Shown piece after piece: positions 19,681 through 30,100 of a stretch of 64,000 nt of DNA (position 1 is the first letter of the stretch; every line of letters starts with the position of its first letter). The translations under genes and the position numbers were made by a program. The DNA comes from Bacteroidales bacterium (GTDB lineage Bacteria; Bacteroidota; Bacteroidia; Bacteroidales; UBA10428), in assembly GCA_041737295.1 (NCBI GenBank), contig JBGSSA010000030.1, positions 24,193-88,192 of the forward strand. Direction: 5' to 3'. A model generated the notes under the pieces. The model was given only the letters and a program-made list of their open reading frames with translations. It had not been told where the DNA came from and ran no database searches.

Positions 19681-20643
19681 ATGAAAGCAATAGTTTACAA
19701 AAAGTATGGTTCGCCAGGTGTGCTTGAGCCATTAGAAATTGAAAAGCCAATCCCTGATGCTGACGAAGTATTGATCAGAGTACATGCAACAACAGTTACA
19801 ACAGCCGATTGTATGATGCGAAGAGGCGATACTTTCCTGGCAAGAGTATTGTTGGGGCTTATAAAACCAAAGAAAAAATATCAGATCCTGGGAACTGAAT
19901 TTTCAGGCAGGATTGAAGCTGCCGGCAGCAACGTAAAAAAGTTTAAAACAGGTGATGAGGTATATGCCTTCAGAGGCTTTGGAACCGGTTGTTATGCACC
20001 GTATAAATGCATGAACGAAAATGGATCGCTGGCCATAAAACCCGGGAATATGAATTTCTCCGAAGCCGCGTCCGTAGTTGACGGTGCCACAACCGCCCTT
20101 TTCTTTCTTAAAGAAAAGGCCAATATTCAAAAAGGCCAGAAAGTACTTGTAAATGGTGCATCCGGCAGTATTGGAACTTTTGCCGTACAATTGGCAAAAT
20201 ATTTCGGCGCTGAAGTAACAAGCGTTTGCAGTTCTAAGAATATAGAAATGGTTCGATCCTTAGGAACCGATAAAGTTGTGGATTACACCAAAGAGGATTT
20301 TACAAAAACCGATGAATCGTATGATATAGTCTTTGATACAGTTGGCAAGAGTTCCTTTGCACGGTGCAGGAATATTCTGAAAAGTCAAGGCAAATACATT
20401 GTAACAACCCTGACTTTAAGGGGAGTTCTTCAATCCTTGCTCTCGAAATTTGGAAACAAAAAGAAAGTAATTTATGCGATGTCCGTTAATAAAACTGCAT
20501 CCCTGAACTTTATCCGGACACTTATTGAAGAAGGTAAATTGCATACAATAATTGACAGGCAATATCCGATTGAAAAAATACGGGAAGCTCATACATATGT
20601 TGAACAAGGGCACAAGATTGGAAATGTAGTGATTGAATTGTGA
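19681..20643 (+). CDS. MDR-family NAD(P)-dependent oxidoreductase (quinone reductase-like)
   Basis: YGSPGVL, NGASGSIGTFAVQLAK, IDRQYP...GHKIGNVVI. Confidence 0.9.
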   Translation: MKAIVYKKYGSPGVLEPLEIEKPIPDADEVLIRVHATTVTTADCMMRRGDTFLARVLLGLIKPKKKYQILGTEFSGRIEAAGSNVKKFKTGDEVYAFRGFGTGCYAPYKCMNENGSLAIKPGNMNFSEAASVVDGATTALFFLKEKANIQKGQKVLVNGASGSIGTFAVQLAKYFGAEVTSVCSSKNIEMVRSLGTDKVVDYTKEDFTKTDESYDIVFDTVGKSSFARCRNILKSQGKYIVTTLTLRGVLQSLLSKFGNKKKVIYAMSVNKTASLNFIRTLIEEGKLHTIIDRQYPIEKIREAHTYVEQGHKIGNVVIEL

Positions 20644-20661
20644 TAAACACCAAATTCACAA

Positions 20662-20714
20662 TCAGGCTGGAGCCTGAAATCATATGTTCGACTCAGGCAG
20701 AGCCTAAGTCGAAC
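20662..20714. repeat. Two adjacent hairpins between convergent genes
   Basis: TCAGGCT-GG-AGCCTGA and GTTCGACTCAGGC-AGA-GCCTAAGTCGAAC. Confidence 0.55.
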
Positions 20715-20729
20715 CTCGCAAGATCATGA

Positions 20730-22379
20730 TTAATTATACAAAAACCGCTTAATGCTTCTTTTCGGGGTTTTGGCAAATTCTTCGGGGTGTAGTTCAAACC
20801 GGGATATGGCCATATAGGCCGGAATGCTGGCATTCAACTCTTTCCTGTGCTGCTCCAGGATACGGACCAGATCTTCCTTTGAAATATGATTGGCTGTCAT
20901 GGCATCATTATCAGGATAGATCAGCGCGATAAGTTTTTCATCGCGATGAACCACGAGGGATTCGCCGACACAGAATTTGTTGTTGATGGTGGCTTCTATT
21001 TCCTCAGGGTAAATGTTCTTTCCGTTCGACCCAAGGATAAGGCTCTTGCATCTTCCTTTGATATAAATAAATCCATCTTTGTCAATCAGTCCCAGGTCGC
21101 CCGTATGCAGCCACCCTTCTTCATCGATGATCTCTGCCGTGGCCTCCGGGTTTTTATAATAGCCCGTCATGGCATTCTCTCCCCGTAGTAGAATTTCACC
21201 AACCAGCCGATGAGGCTCAGGTGAGTCAATTTTAACCTCCAGGGTATCTACGGCCTTGCCTGAAGCTGCCAGCGGGTTTATCTTCCATGAGGCATAGCTG
21301 ATAAGCGGGCCGCATTCCGTCATTCCGTAACCCACGGCGAATGGCAGGCCTATTTTCTTAAAAAAGGATTCCGCTTCCAGGTTGAAAGCAGCCCCGCCAA
21401 TCACAATTTCTTCAAAATTACCACCGAACACATCCATGAGGCTCTTCCGGATCTTTTTATGGATCATTTTTTTGAGCAGCGGAACATGAAGCATAATTCC
21501 GACCGGGAACTTTGAAATGGAGGGCAGAATACGCGTTTTGTATATTTTCTCAATTACAAGGGGTACTGAAAGAATAAGCCGGGGCCTGATCTCCTGGAAA
21601 GCCTGGATAACAATCTGCGGCGAAGGTGTTTTTGTCAGGATGGTGATGTTGCAACCAATCGAAAACGGAAACAGGAATTCAAAGGCACAGCCATATGAAT
21701 GAGCCAGCGGCAAAAAAGAAACAATGGGATCCCCTGACTTTAAGGGCATATTATGCTGTGCATACCGTACATTGGCCGCCAGGCTGTTGTGCTGAAGCAT
21801 CACCCCTTTCGAAAATCCTGTTGTACCGGATGTATAGCTGATCACGGCAAGTTCCTCATTGCCCGTGTCGGGAAGGGCAAACTTATCTGCCACCAGGCCA
21901 ACCGGGTATTGTTTCACAAATTCAGCATCGAGAATTTCCATTACCGATGAAAATTTGTCGGAACCGGCATGCAATGTTTCAAAACTATTGAGCGATATAA
22001 TTCCCACCAGTGCCGGCATCCGCCATGGATCAACCGTCTGGAAAATAGCATCCGAGCTGAACAATAAAACGGAATCGGAATGATTGATGATGGATTGAAT
22101 ATCATCCGGCTTAAAATCGGGCAATATCGGCACAATCACCGCTCCGTAAGAAACTGCGGAAAGATAAATACAACACCACCGGGCGGAATTCTTCCCTACC
22201 AGGGCGACTTTATCCCCCTTATTGATACCTAACTTGTTAAACAGTAAATGAAATTTCAGGACATAATTTCCGACTTCAGCATAGGTAAGCTTTTCTCCAT
22301 TGTAATCCGAAAGAGCGGGAAGGTTCCAGTTTTTTTTGATGCTGCTTTCTACATAATCGACAAACCGTTCAGGTATCAT
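20730..22379 (-). CDS. Long-chain fatty acid-CoA ligase
   Basis: YTSGTTGFSKG, GYGMTE, WLHTGDLG, NIYPEEIE. Confidence 0.92.
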   Translation of the reverse strand: MIPERFVDYVESSIKKNWNLPALSDYNGEKLTYAEVGNYVLKFHLLFNKLGINKGDKVALVGKNSARWCCIYLSAVSYGAVIVPILPDFKPDDIQSIINHSDSVLLFSSDAIFQTVDPWRMPALVGIISLNSFETLHAGSDKFSSVMEILDAEFVKQYPVGLVADKFALPDTGNEELAVISYTSGTTGFSKGVMLQHNSLAANVRYAQHNMPLKSGDPIVSFLPLAHSYGCAFEFLFPFSIGCNITILTKTPSPQIVIQAFQEIRPRLILSVPLVIEKIYKTRILPSISKFPVGIMLHVPLLKKMIHKKIRKSLMDVFGGNFEEIVIGGAAFNLEAESFFKKIGLPFAVGYGMTECGPLISYASWKINPLAASGKAVDTLEVKIDSPEPHRLVGEILLRGENAMTGYYKNPEATAEIIDEEGWLHTGDLGLIDKDGFIYIKGRCKSLILGSNGKNIYPEEIEATINNKFCVGESLVVHRDEKLIALIYPDNDAMTANHISKEDLVRILEQHRKELNASIPAYMAISRFELHPEEFAKTPKRSIKRFLYN

Positions 22380-22418
22380 GATTGGTTGTTTTAGAATTGA
22401 AATATAGTGAATTTATTG

Positions 22419-22456
22419 GAAAAACACCCCAAAGAAGTGTGAAACCTTTGGGGTGT
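22419..22456 (-). terminator. Intrinsic terminator after the esterase gene
   Basis: 11-bp stem ACACCCCAAAG/CTTTGGGGTGT followed by a T-tract on the minus strand. Confidence 0.7.
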
Positions 22457-22469
22457 ATGCTCTGTGTTG

Positions 22470-24428
22470 TCACCAATTATCCGTCCGGAATGGGGATGCC
22501 GGGAGTCCTTCCTTATTATAGAGATTGGCATCATCCGGATTGTCTGCCCATGCATAGCGCACAGCGACAGGGTTTTTTACATCACCTGATGAAACGATCA
22601 CCTTATTGCCGGGAGCAAGTGTGGCGGTTGCCCAAACAAATTTCCTGTCGGCACCGGCGATCATAAACGACTTGAGATACCCATATTTATCCTTCACCAC
22701 CAATCCCGATCCTGTGTTGTTGAATTCCAGCGTGATGCTGTTTCCGTTGATTTCCATGGATTTGTACATTGGTCCTGAATATACAACGTCTTTTCCGTAG
22801 GTAACCTTTTGAGCTGCAAGCGACAAGCGATATCCGACATTATCCTTGTCCTTTGGATGAATATCCTTTGCTTCTCCAATATCTATGATGACTGCCATCC
22901 CCGTTTTAGGAAGTGAAAGAGCCATGGTCTGCGCTTCACGGAGTCCTGCCCAGCTGCTTTCCTGCGGCTGTGCAACCGGCTCCATATAATTGGCCAGTTG
23001 TACGAACAGGAACGTGAGATCCGCATTCTTCCACTTTGTACGCCAATCATTGATCATCGCCGGAAACAACGTGCGGTACTTGACATAATTCCCCGCGTTG
23101 TTTTCACCCTGGTACCAGATAACTCCCCGGATGGGGAAATTGATCAGCGGATTGATCATTCCATTATAAAGCAATGAAGGATAACTGTTCGGACCGGATG
23201 CACTGCGGGGTGAGGGCAGGTCAAGCCCCACCTTAAATGACCATTCGCCGGCAAGGGACTGGGTATTGCCGTTCACTTCAATTTTCATCTGAGCTGCATC
23301 CCCGTTTATACCCCCGCCACCGCCCGTATCAATTACCTTGATGGCGATCAGGTTCTTTCCTTCTTTTAATATACCGGGTTTAATGATATATTCACGGGGC
23401 AGATTATAACGGTCTATTGTTTCTCCTACCCGGGTTCCATTCACAAAAGTCACATCGCTGTCATCAATCGGTCCCAGACTTAGCTTCGCTTCTTTGCCGG
23501 CATCGGCAGCTGTAAGTACAATTTCCTTCGTGAACCACACTACCCCGTCAAGGGTGGGCAGACCTGCACCTTCCCATGCCTGGGGAAGCTTCATTTCTTT
23601 CCATCCGCCTGCACCGGCACCGGGCATATACCACTTTTCCTTTATGCCGGGATCCTCCTGGTTAATTTTATCCTTCCATTCCTGCTGCTGCTTTTCAGCC
23701 TGCCTGCTCAGCTCTTCCAAATTGGCCGATTTCATTTTTTCAATTACGGCGGTATAGTCCTTATCGGCATACATGGTTTCAAGGCTGGTCCACGTTTCAA
23801 TGTCAGTGCCGCCCCAGTTGCTGTTGATAAGTCCGATTGGAACGCCGATCTGTTTGTTCAGGTCCACCCCGAAATAATAACCCACGGCAGAAAACACCGC
23901 TGCGCTTTTTTCGTTGCATACCTCCCATTTCGCCTCATCGGTATTTTGCAATGGCTTGCTACTGATACGTTTGGGGACGTAAAACAACCTCACCTGGCTG
24001 TTTTCTGTGGTAGCCCTGTCCTTGCCCCAATTCCTCGACTGGGAAAGCGGAAATTCCATATTGCTCTGCCCGCTGCATACCCACACATCGCCTGCCAGAA
24101 TATTTTTCAGCACGATTGTGTTTTTTCCCGTGATTGTAATTTCATATGGGCCCCCTGCCGGCAGTGGAGTTAGGGTAACCTTCCATTCTCCTTTTGCATC
24201 GGTTCTGACCGAAAGTTTTTGGCTTGAAACAGCAACGGTCACCTTTTCGCCGGGGTTCGCCCAACCCCATATATTGACCGGAATATCCCGCTGCAATACC
24301 ATATTGTCAGACAGGATATAGGGAAGCGTGATTTCTGCCTGAATTCCTCCCGTCTGAAGCAGGAAAAGCAGAAACATGGCAACTGAAAGGGGATGCCATG
24401 CTGATCTTTGATTGTTAGACATATTCAT
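22470..24428 (-). CDS. Sialate O-acetylesterase (SASA/SGNH with inserted sugar-binding domain)
   Basis: DNMVLQR, CSGQSNM, WGGT, WYQGE, DIHP, GLPASPFRTD; signal peptide from 24428. Confidence 0.9.
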   Translation of the reverse strand: MNMSNNQRSAWHPLSVAMFLLFLLQTGGIQAEITLPYILSDNMVLQRDIPVNIWGWANPGEKVTVAVSSQKLSVRTDAKGEWKVTLTPLPAGGPYEITITGKNTIVLKNILAGDVWVCSGQSNMEFPLSQSRNWGKDRATTENSQVRLFYVPKRISSKPLQNTDEAKWEVCNEKSAAVFSAVGYYFGVDLNKQIGVPIGLINSNWGGTDIETWTSLETMYADKDYTAVIEKMKSANLEELSRQAEKQQQEWKDKINQEDPGIKEKWYMPGAGAGGWKEMKLPQAWEGAGLPTLDGVVWFTKEIVLTAADAGKEAKLSLGPIDDSDVTFVNGTRVGETIDRYNLPREYIIKPGILKEGKNLIAIKVIDTGGGGGINGDAAQMKIEVNGNTQSLAGEWSFKVGLDLPSPRSASGPNSYPSLLYNGMINPLINFPIRGVIWYQGENNAGNYVKYRTLFPAMINDWRTKWKNADLTFLFVQLANYMEPVAQPQESSWAGLREAQTMALSLPKTGMAVIIDIGEAKDIHPKDKDNVGYRLSLAAQKVTYGKDVVYSGPMYKSMEINGNSITLEFNNTGSGLVVKDKYGYLKSFMIAGADRKFVWATATLAPGNKVIVSSGDVKNPVAVRYAWADNPDDANLYNKEGLPASPFRTDNW

Positions 24429-24498
24429 TTGATGATTTGTTGATTTGTTGATTTGTTGATTTGCTACGCCCGCCATAGCTTCATCGAAGGCGGGTTGA
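24427..24498 (-). repeat. Dispersed intergenic element copy A (GC hairpin + AAATCAAC tandem)
   Basis: Minus strand CCGCCTTCGATGAAGCTATGGCGGGCGTAGC then (AAATCAAC)3 AAATCATC; matches 61183-61262. Confidence 0.8.
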
Positions 24499-25815
24499 TT
24501 ATTTCGGACGCATGGCCTGGTAACCAACATGCTGCATATAGGAATCAAGCATGATCATGGCAGTAAATGCCTCTACCACGGGCCACATCCGGGCAACTAT
24601 AGTCGGGTCGCGACGGGTGACGGCTGCAAGTTCCGTGTTTTCGAGGCTTACCTTATCAATTGTGTGCTGTGGCTTGGCTATTGTGGGAGTAGGTTTGACT
24701 GTCACCCTGGCCACTATGTCCTGGCCCGTTGTGAGCCCGCCGGTAATGCCTCCCGCGTTGTTGGAATCAAAAACAACCTTTCCGTCTACTACCCGCATGG
24801 AATCATTGCACTGTGATCCGGTCATCCGGGATGCTTCCACCCCGCATCCGATTTCAACCGCCTTTACCGTACCGATGCTCATAAGCCGTCCCAGCTCACC
24901 ATCGAGTTTGTTAAATACGGGTTCGCCCATACCTGCCGGAACACCTGTTACAACCACTTCCACCACCCCTCCGGATGAGTCCCCTTCCCGCATAATCCGA
25001 AGGATCTCGCCATACATCTTATCGGCCACCTCAGCATCCGGGCAAAACAATTTGGGGTTAATTCCAAATTGTTTCCTGACTTCCTCTTCTTTATACACCG
25101 GTTTTTTTATTTCAGGAATCCTTTTTTCCAGGTCAGCCAACATGGCAGCCCGTTCAAAAAACCGCATGGAAGGGCTCATTCTGCCCGAAGCAAACAGGTC
25201 AAGATAGATCGGGTCGTATTGTTTCCTGACTTCACGATACGCTGCAGCCTTCTTCTTGATTTCTTCTATGGGCATGTCATTCATTCGGATCCCTGCCGCC
25301 TCTCTTACAAAAGAAACTACCTCAATACCATGATCTTTCAGAATTTTTTTGGCAATGCATCCTGCAGCTACAATTGTAGATGTATAGCGGCCGCTGAAAA
25401 AACCGGCTCCGATGGAATCATCCCAGGATCCATATTTCATAAACGACGCGTACGATGCATGGCCTGGCCTGGGCGTGCGGTTTGTGGACTGGTATTGTGC
25501 AATATGCTCAAGGTGGCGGTCCACATTGGGGATCAGGATCACCATGGGCGTACCGTTTGAATAACCGGCATTCCGGAAGCCCGGCATTGTATCGGCCGCA
25601 TTCACCCCGCTGAAAATAATGGGCACATCGGCCTCACGCCTCGGAGAGGTAAGTTCACCCTGGCCGGGTTTGCGCAACATCAGTTCCACATAGATCTCTT
25701 CTTCTGTAAAGTAATATCCGGGAGGAATACCCTGGATATTAATAGATAATCCTTCCTGGTAAGATCCTCCTGCCACGGTGACCTTGAATAAATTCCCGTA
25801 TGTACATCCAAGCAT
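24499..25815 (-). CDS. aroC: Chorismate synthase-like protein (divergent, with insertion)
   Basis: RKPG...SPRRE, RPGHA, GDSSGG, GEPVFNKLD, NNAGGITGG, KPTPT; adjacent to aroA. Confidence 0.82.
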   Translation of the reverse strand: MLGCTYGNLFKVTVAGGSYQEGLSINIQGIPPGYYFTEEEIYVELMLRKPGQGELTSPRREADVPIIFSGVNAADTMPGFRNAGYSNGTPMVILIPNVDRHLEHIAQYQSTNRTPRPGHASYASFMKYGSWDDSIGAGFFSGRYTSTIVAAGCIAKKILKDHGIEVVSFVREAAGIRMNDMPIEEIKKKAAAYREVRKQYDPIYLDLFASGRMSPSMRFFERAAMLADLEKRIPEIKKPVYKEEEVRKQFGINPKLFCPDAEVADKMYGEILRIMREGDSSGGVVEVVVTGVPAGMGEPVFNKLDGELGRLMSIGTVKAVEIGCGVEASRMTGSQCNDSMRVVDGKVVFDSNNAGGITGGLTTGQDIVARVTVKPTPTIAKPQHTIDKVSLENTELAAVTRRDPTIVARMWPVVEAFTAMIMLDSYMQHVGYQAMRPK

Positions 25816-25832
25816 AATGAAAGAATATTTGG

Positions 25833-27110
25833 TTAAACTGTTATCTGGTTTATAAGCTCTAAATTCCCGCCCAATCGTTGCATATCCGAAAGAAAGGAGG
25901 GATATGTAACGCTGGCGGATTCTGCCGTATCAACGGTGGTAACACCCCGGGCGGCCATACCGGCAATGGCCAGTGCCATTACCATACGATGATCTTCATA
26001 CCCATGCACCTCGCAACCGTTAAGCAGGCTTTGATGAATGACAATGCCATCTTCAAGTTCTTCAAGATTGGCCCCCATTTTCCGCAATTCCTTCACAGAT
26101 GCTGCAATACGGTCGCATTCCTTCAGGCGGGCCTGGGGAACGTTCAGAAGACGGGTGGTTCCCGAGGCAAAACAGGCGGCTACGGCCATGGCAGGCAGTG
26201 CATCGGGCGTGGCATTCATATCGATGTCGATTCCATGCATGGGCCCGCCGGAAACCAATACTCCCTTCGGTGTATATTTCATCCGGATGCCCATATTTTC
26301 AAAATAACTAAAAACTGCCTTATCGCCCTGGTGGTCATTAAAATCAAGCCCCGTGATAAGCAGTTCTGAACCGGTAATTGCTGCTGCACAAAGCGGAAAA
26401 GTGGCGGATGAAAAATCAGCAGGGATCGCTCGCTCAAAAGCTGTATACTTCTGTCCGCCATATATCCTGAACCAGTCGAGACCCTTCTGCTCAAACCGTA
26501 TCCCCATGTTGCGAAGCCAGTCGAGGGTTATTTCAACATACGGCCTCTCATTCAGATTGTCTACTGTAATTTCGGTATCCTCAGGTGCCAGTGGACAGGC
26601 AATGAGCAGGGCAGTGAGAAACTGGGAGCTGATGCCGTTTACCCGGGTTTTCCCACCCAGCAGGGGACCGGAAATTGTAAACGGACATTTTCCACCTGTG
26701 GATTCCACCACCTGAACGCCCAGGTTTTCAAGGGCGGAAAGCAGGGGCATCATGGGCCGCTGGCGAATGGAATTGTCGCCGTCAAAAGAAACCGGATGGC
26801 TACCCAGTGCACAAAGTGCGGTAAAAATGCGAAGCGATGTTCCTGAATTTCCTGTATCGATGTGGCTGCAGTTTTTGCCGGGTAGTCCCCCCGTTCCACG
26901 GATGATCCAGGAATTTCCCAATTCAACCGATGCGCCCATTTCCCGCGCTGCGGAAATGGCCGACCGGGCATCATCTGATATCAGCGGATTATTGAGTACC
27001 GTAGTTCCATGAGCCATGGCTGCAATGGCAACAGCACGGATTGTATGGGATTTTGAAGCAGGAACGTAAATTTCTCCCTGCAACCGCGAAGCCATGGATT
27101 TCAGTTTCAC
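25833..27110 (-). CDS. aroA: EPSP synthase
   Basis: SKSHTIR, GNSGT, SSQF, RLKECDR, DHRM. Confidence 0.95.
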   Translation of the reverse strand: MKLKSMASRLQGEIYVPASKSHTIRAVAIAAMAHGTTVLNNPLISDDARSAISAAREMGASVELGNSWIIRGTGGLPGKNCSHIDTGNSGTSLRIFTALCALGSHPVSFDGDNSIRQRPMMPLLSALENLGVQVVESTGGKCPFTISGPLLGGKTRVNGISSQFLTALLIACPLAPEDTEITVDNLNERPYVEITLDWLRNMGIRFEQKGLDWFRIYGGQKYTAFERAIPADFSSATFPLCAAAITGSELLITGLDFNDHQGDKAVFSYFENMGIRMKYTPKGVLVSGGPMHGIDIDMNATPDALPAMAVAACFASGTTRLLNVPQARLKECDRIAASVKELRKMGANLEELEDGIVIHQSLLNGCEVHGYEDHRMVMALAIAGMAARGVTTVDTAESASVTYPSFLSDMQRLGGNLELINQITV

Positions 27111-27183
27111 AGATTCAAGTTTAAGTCAGTTGCAACGAAGATAATGAATGGGGCGGATGAATGCAAATTGAACCGCCGTGAGC

Positions 27184-30100
27184 CTAAAATAATGACATCT
27201 GTTCGCCACCAGCCCCACCCTCATGCGATGAAGGCTTATCCGGCTTGCTTTTCGGTTTGGGTTCCGGTTTTTTCTCCGGTTCCTTCCCGGGTTCTTTCCC
27301 GGGCAGGACCTCCGGTTTCTTCCCGGGTATACCTTCCGGCTTCTTTCCGGGAATAACTTCCGGCTTTTTTGTGGGTACAACTTCCGGCTTAATCTCAGGT
27401 TTACTCTCAGGTCTATTTTCGGGATTAAACTTGCGATTAATATCCGGCTTTACCCCCGGAATTTCAGGCTTGATTTCGGGCTTGATTTCAGAAATCTCCG
27501 GTTTAACCCGCGGATCTTCATCGGGTTGTATCTCCAGCTGGACCTGAGGAATGATTTCCGGTCCCGATTCTGATACTGATACTGATTCTGATTCTGATAC
27601 TGATTCCGAAATTGTTCCCTGTACAATATCGGCCTCCGGCACACCCGGCTTATCCTCTTTAAACCGCAAAGGTTTCAGTTCGGTGACAGAGGCAACCTCG
27701 AGTACAGTAAGCCTTTTCCCTTTGGCCTTGAAACTTTTTTCGGCAATAAAATCAGCAGCTTCGATAACTTCCGGATCGCGCTTCTTATGTTTTCCTCCAA
27801 ATTTTATCTCGAGCCTGGGGTAATCATTCTCCGAAAGCAGCGTAAACCTCGACTTCGGATGCTCTTCAAAATACCGGGCGGGTTTTTCAGTCACTTCCGC
27901 CTGGAACCGTTTGATATAATAATACTTTTGTTCACCGTCATAATAAACAACCGTGAACACCATATCCTGTTCGTATTTCCGGATCAGTATCCAGTCTTCT
28001 TCAAAATGGGCCGTAAGCTCATGACCGGATAACCGCATTTCACCTGATTTTGTCATGACAAGCACCTTGTCGCTGGGTGCAAAATTACCCAGGTATTTGC
28101 CTTTCCCTTCCAGGTTAAGCCGTTGCACAGTTTCATCCCACCATATTTTTTTGCCGCCGAGTGTGGAACTTCCTTTTTCCTTTAGTTCGATCTTATGCAC
28201 AGGGTACTTTGTGAGTATGTTGCCCACCGATGATCTGCCCTTGATGTCAAGGCCGCTGAAACTGGCATCAAATACAAGGTTTTTTACCCTTGGCCTTGGT
28301 TTTAATGTAACCCGCACTCTTTCAGCTTCCCCGTTCGGATTTACCGACAAATACAACAGCCTTGACCCGGCTTCGCCCCGGGTGAGGTTATACTCTTTTC
28401 CACGGGTGAGCCCGGTAATGGCGCACCTTTTATAATAAGCAGGGCCGGCAGGGCCATCCCTGTATATAATATTATATATAGTCCGTTCGTCGTTCTTTTT
28501 GAATACGCCTGCATACTCAATGTCCTTACCCACAAATTGCTTGTCACTTACCTTGTTTATAAGGAATTTTCCATCCTTCCGGATAATGATGAATTCATCA
28601 ATGTCCGAACAGTCACTGATGTACTCGTCTTTTTTCAGTCCCGTTCCGATAAATCCTTCCGCCCGGTTTATATACAGTTTTTCATTAGCCACGGCTACTT
28701 CGGCGGCCATGATTGTATCAAAATTCCGGATTTCTGTCCTGCGTTCACGCCCAGTACCATATTTCTTTTTGATCTGCCTGTAATAATTGATGGCATAGGG
28801 AATGATGTTTTCGAGGTTGTTTTTAACTACCTCCATCTCCGCTTCTGTCTGACGGATATATTCATCTGCCTTGAATGCGCTGAATTTCGATATCCTTTTA
28901 ATGGGGATATTGGACAACCGTACAAGATCGTCCCGGTTAACCTGCCTTCGCAACAGTTTTTTGAATGGTGCCAGCCCCAGGTCAATCACCTCTAAAATAG
29001 ATTCTTCCGTTTTACACTCCTTGATGGGCTCGTACAGCTCATTTTCGATAAATATCTTTTCAAGGGAGGCATAATGCCATAGCTCCCCCAGTTCATCGAG
29101 CCGGATCTGCAATTCGAGTTTAAGAAGGGTCACCGTATTATCTGTGGCCAGGCGCAGCATTTCACTTACTCCGATGAAAACGGGCTTGTCCTCCCGGATA
29201 ATGCAAACATTGGGTGAAATGGGTATTTCGCAATCGGTAAAGGCATACAGGGCATCGATGGTTACATCCGGATCGATCCCGGGAACCAGGTGAATGACGA
29301 TTTCCACATGACCTGCCGTATTGTCATCAATTTTTCTGATTTTGATCTTGCCTTTTTCATTGGCCTTCAGGATGGATTCAATCAACGAGGTTGTTGTCTG
29401 CCCAAAAGGAAGTTCCGTAATGATTATGGATTTCCGGTCCTGCTTGCTGATCTTCGCCCTTATTTTCACCTGTCCGCCGCGTAACCCGTCATTATACCGG
29501 GCTACGTCGATAGATCCTCCGGTGGGAAAATCAGGAAATATTTCGTAGGGCTTACCCTGAAGGCAGGCAATCGAAGCATCAATCAGCTCGATAAAATTAT
29601 GCGGCAGTATTTTTGAGGCCAGGCCAACGGCAATTCCTTCCACACCCTGGGCCAGCAAAAGGGGAAATTTAACGGGAAGTGTTACAGGTTCCCGGTTACG
29701 GCCGTCATAGGAAAGCTTCCAGTTGGTAGTACGGGGATTGAACACCACTTCCTGGGCAAATTTGGAAAGACGGGCCTCAATGTAGCGGGGTGCGGCAGCC
29801 CCGTCACCGGTTAGAATATTACCCCAGTTTCCCTGGGTATCGATCAGCAGGTTCTTCTGCCCCAACTGCACCAGCGCATCGCCTATAGAAGCATCCCCAT
29901 GGGGATGGTACTGCATGGTCTGACCGATGATATTGGCCACCTTGTTATACCGCCCGTCCTCAATCTGGCGCATCGCGTGCAATATCCTTCGTTGAACCGG
30001 CTTAAGGCCATCATCGAGATGGGGAACGGCCCTCTCAAGGATCACATAGGAAGCATAATCGAGAAACCAGTCTTTATACTTACCGGCCAGCTCAGTAACA

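Noticed and set aside
17941..20720. Integron cassette array for the AT-rich islet
   Set aside because: No recognisable attC (RYYYAAC...GTTRRRY) boundaries and no integrase
24429..24548. ORF-track N-terminal extension of the esterase (…QQINKSTNHQ…)
   Set aside because: It is a translation of the repeat element and overlaps aroC; the signal peptide starts at about 24428
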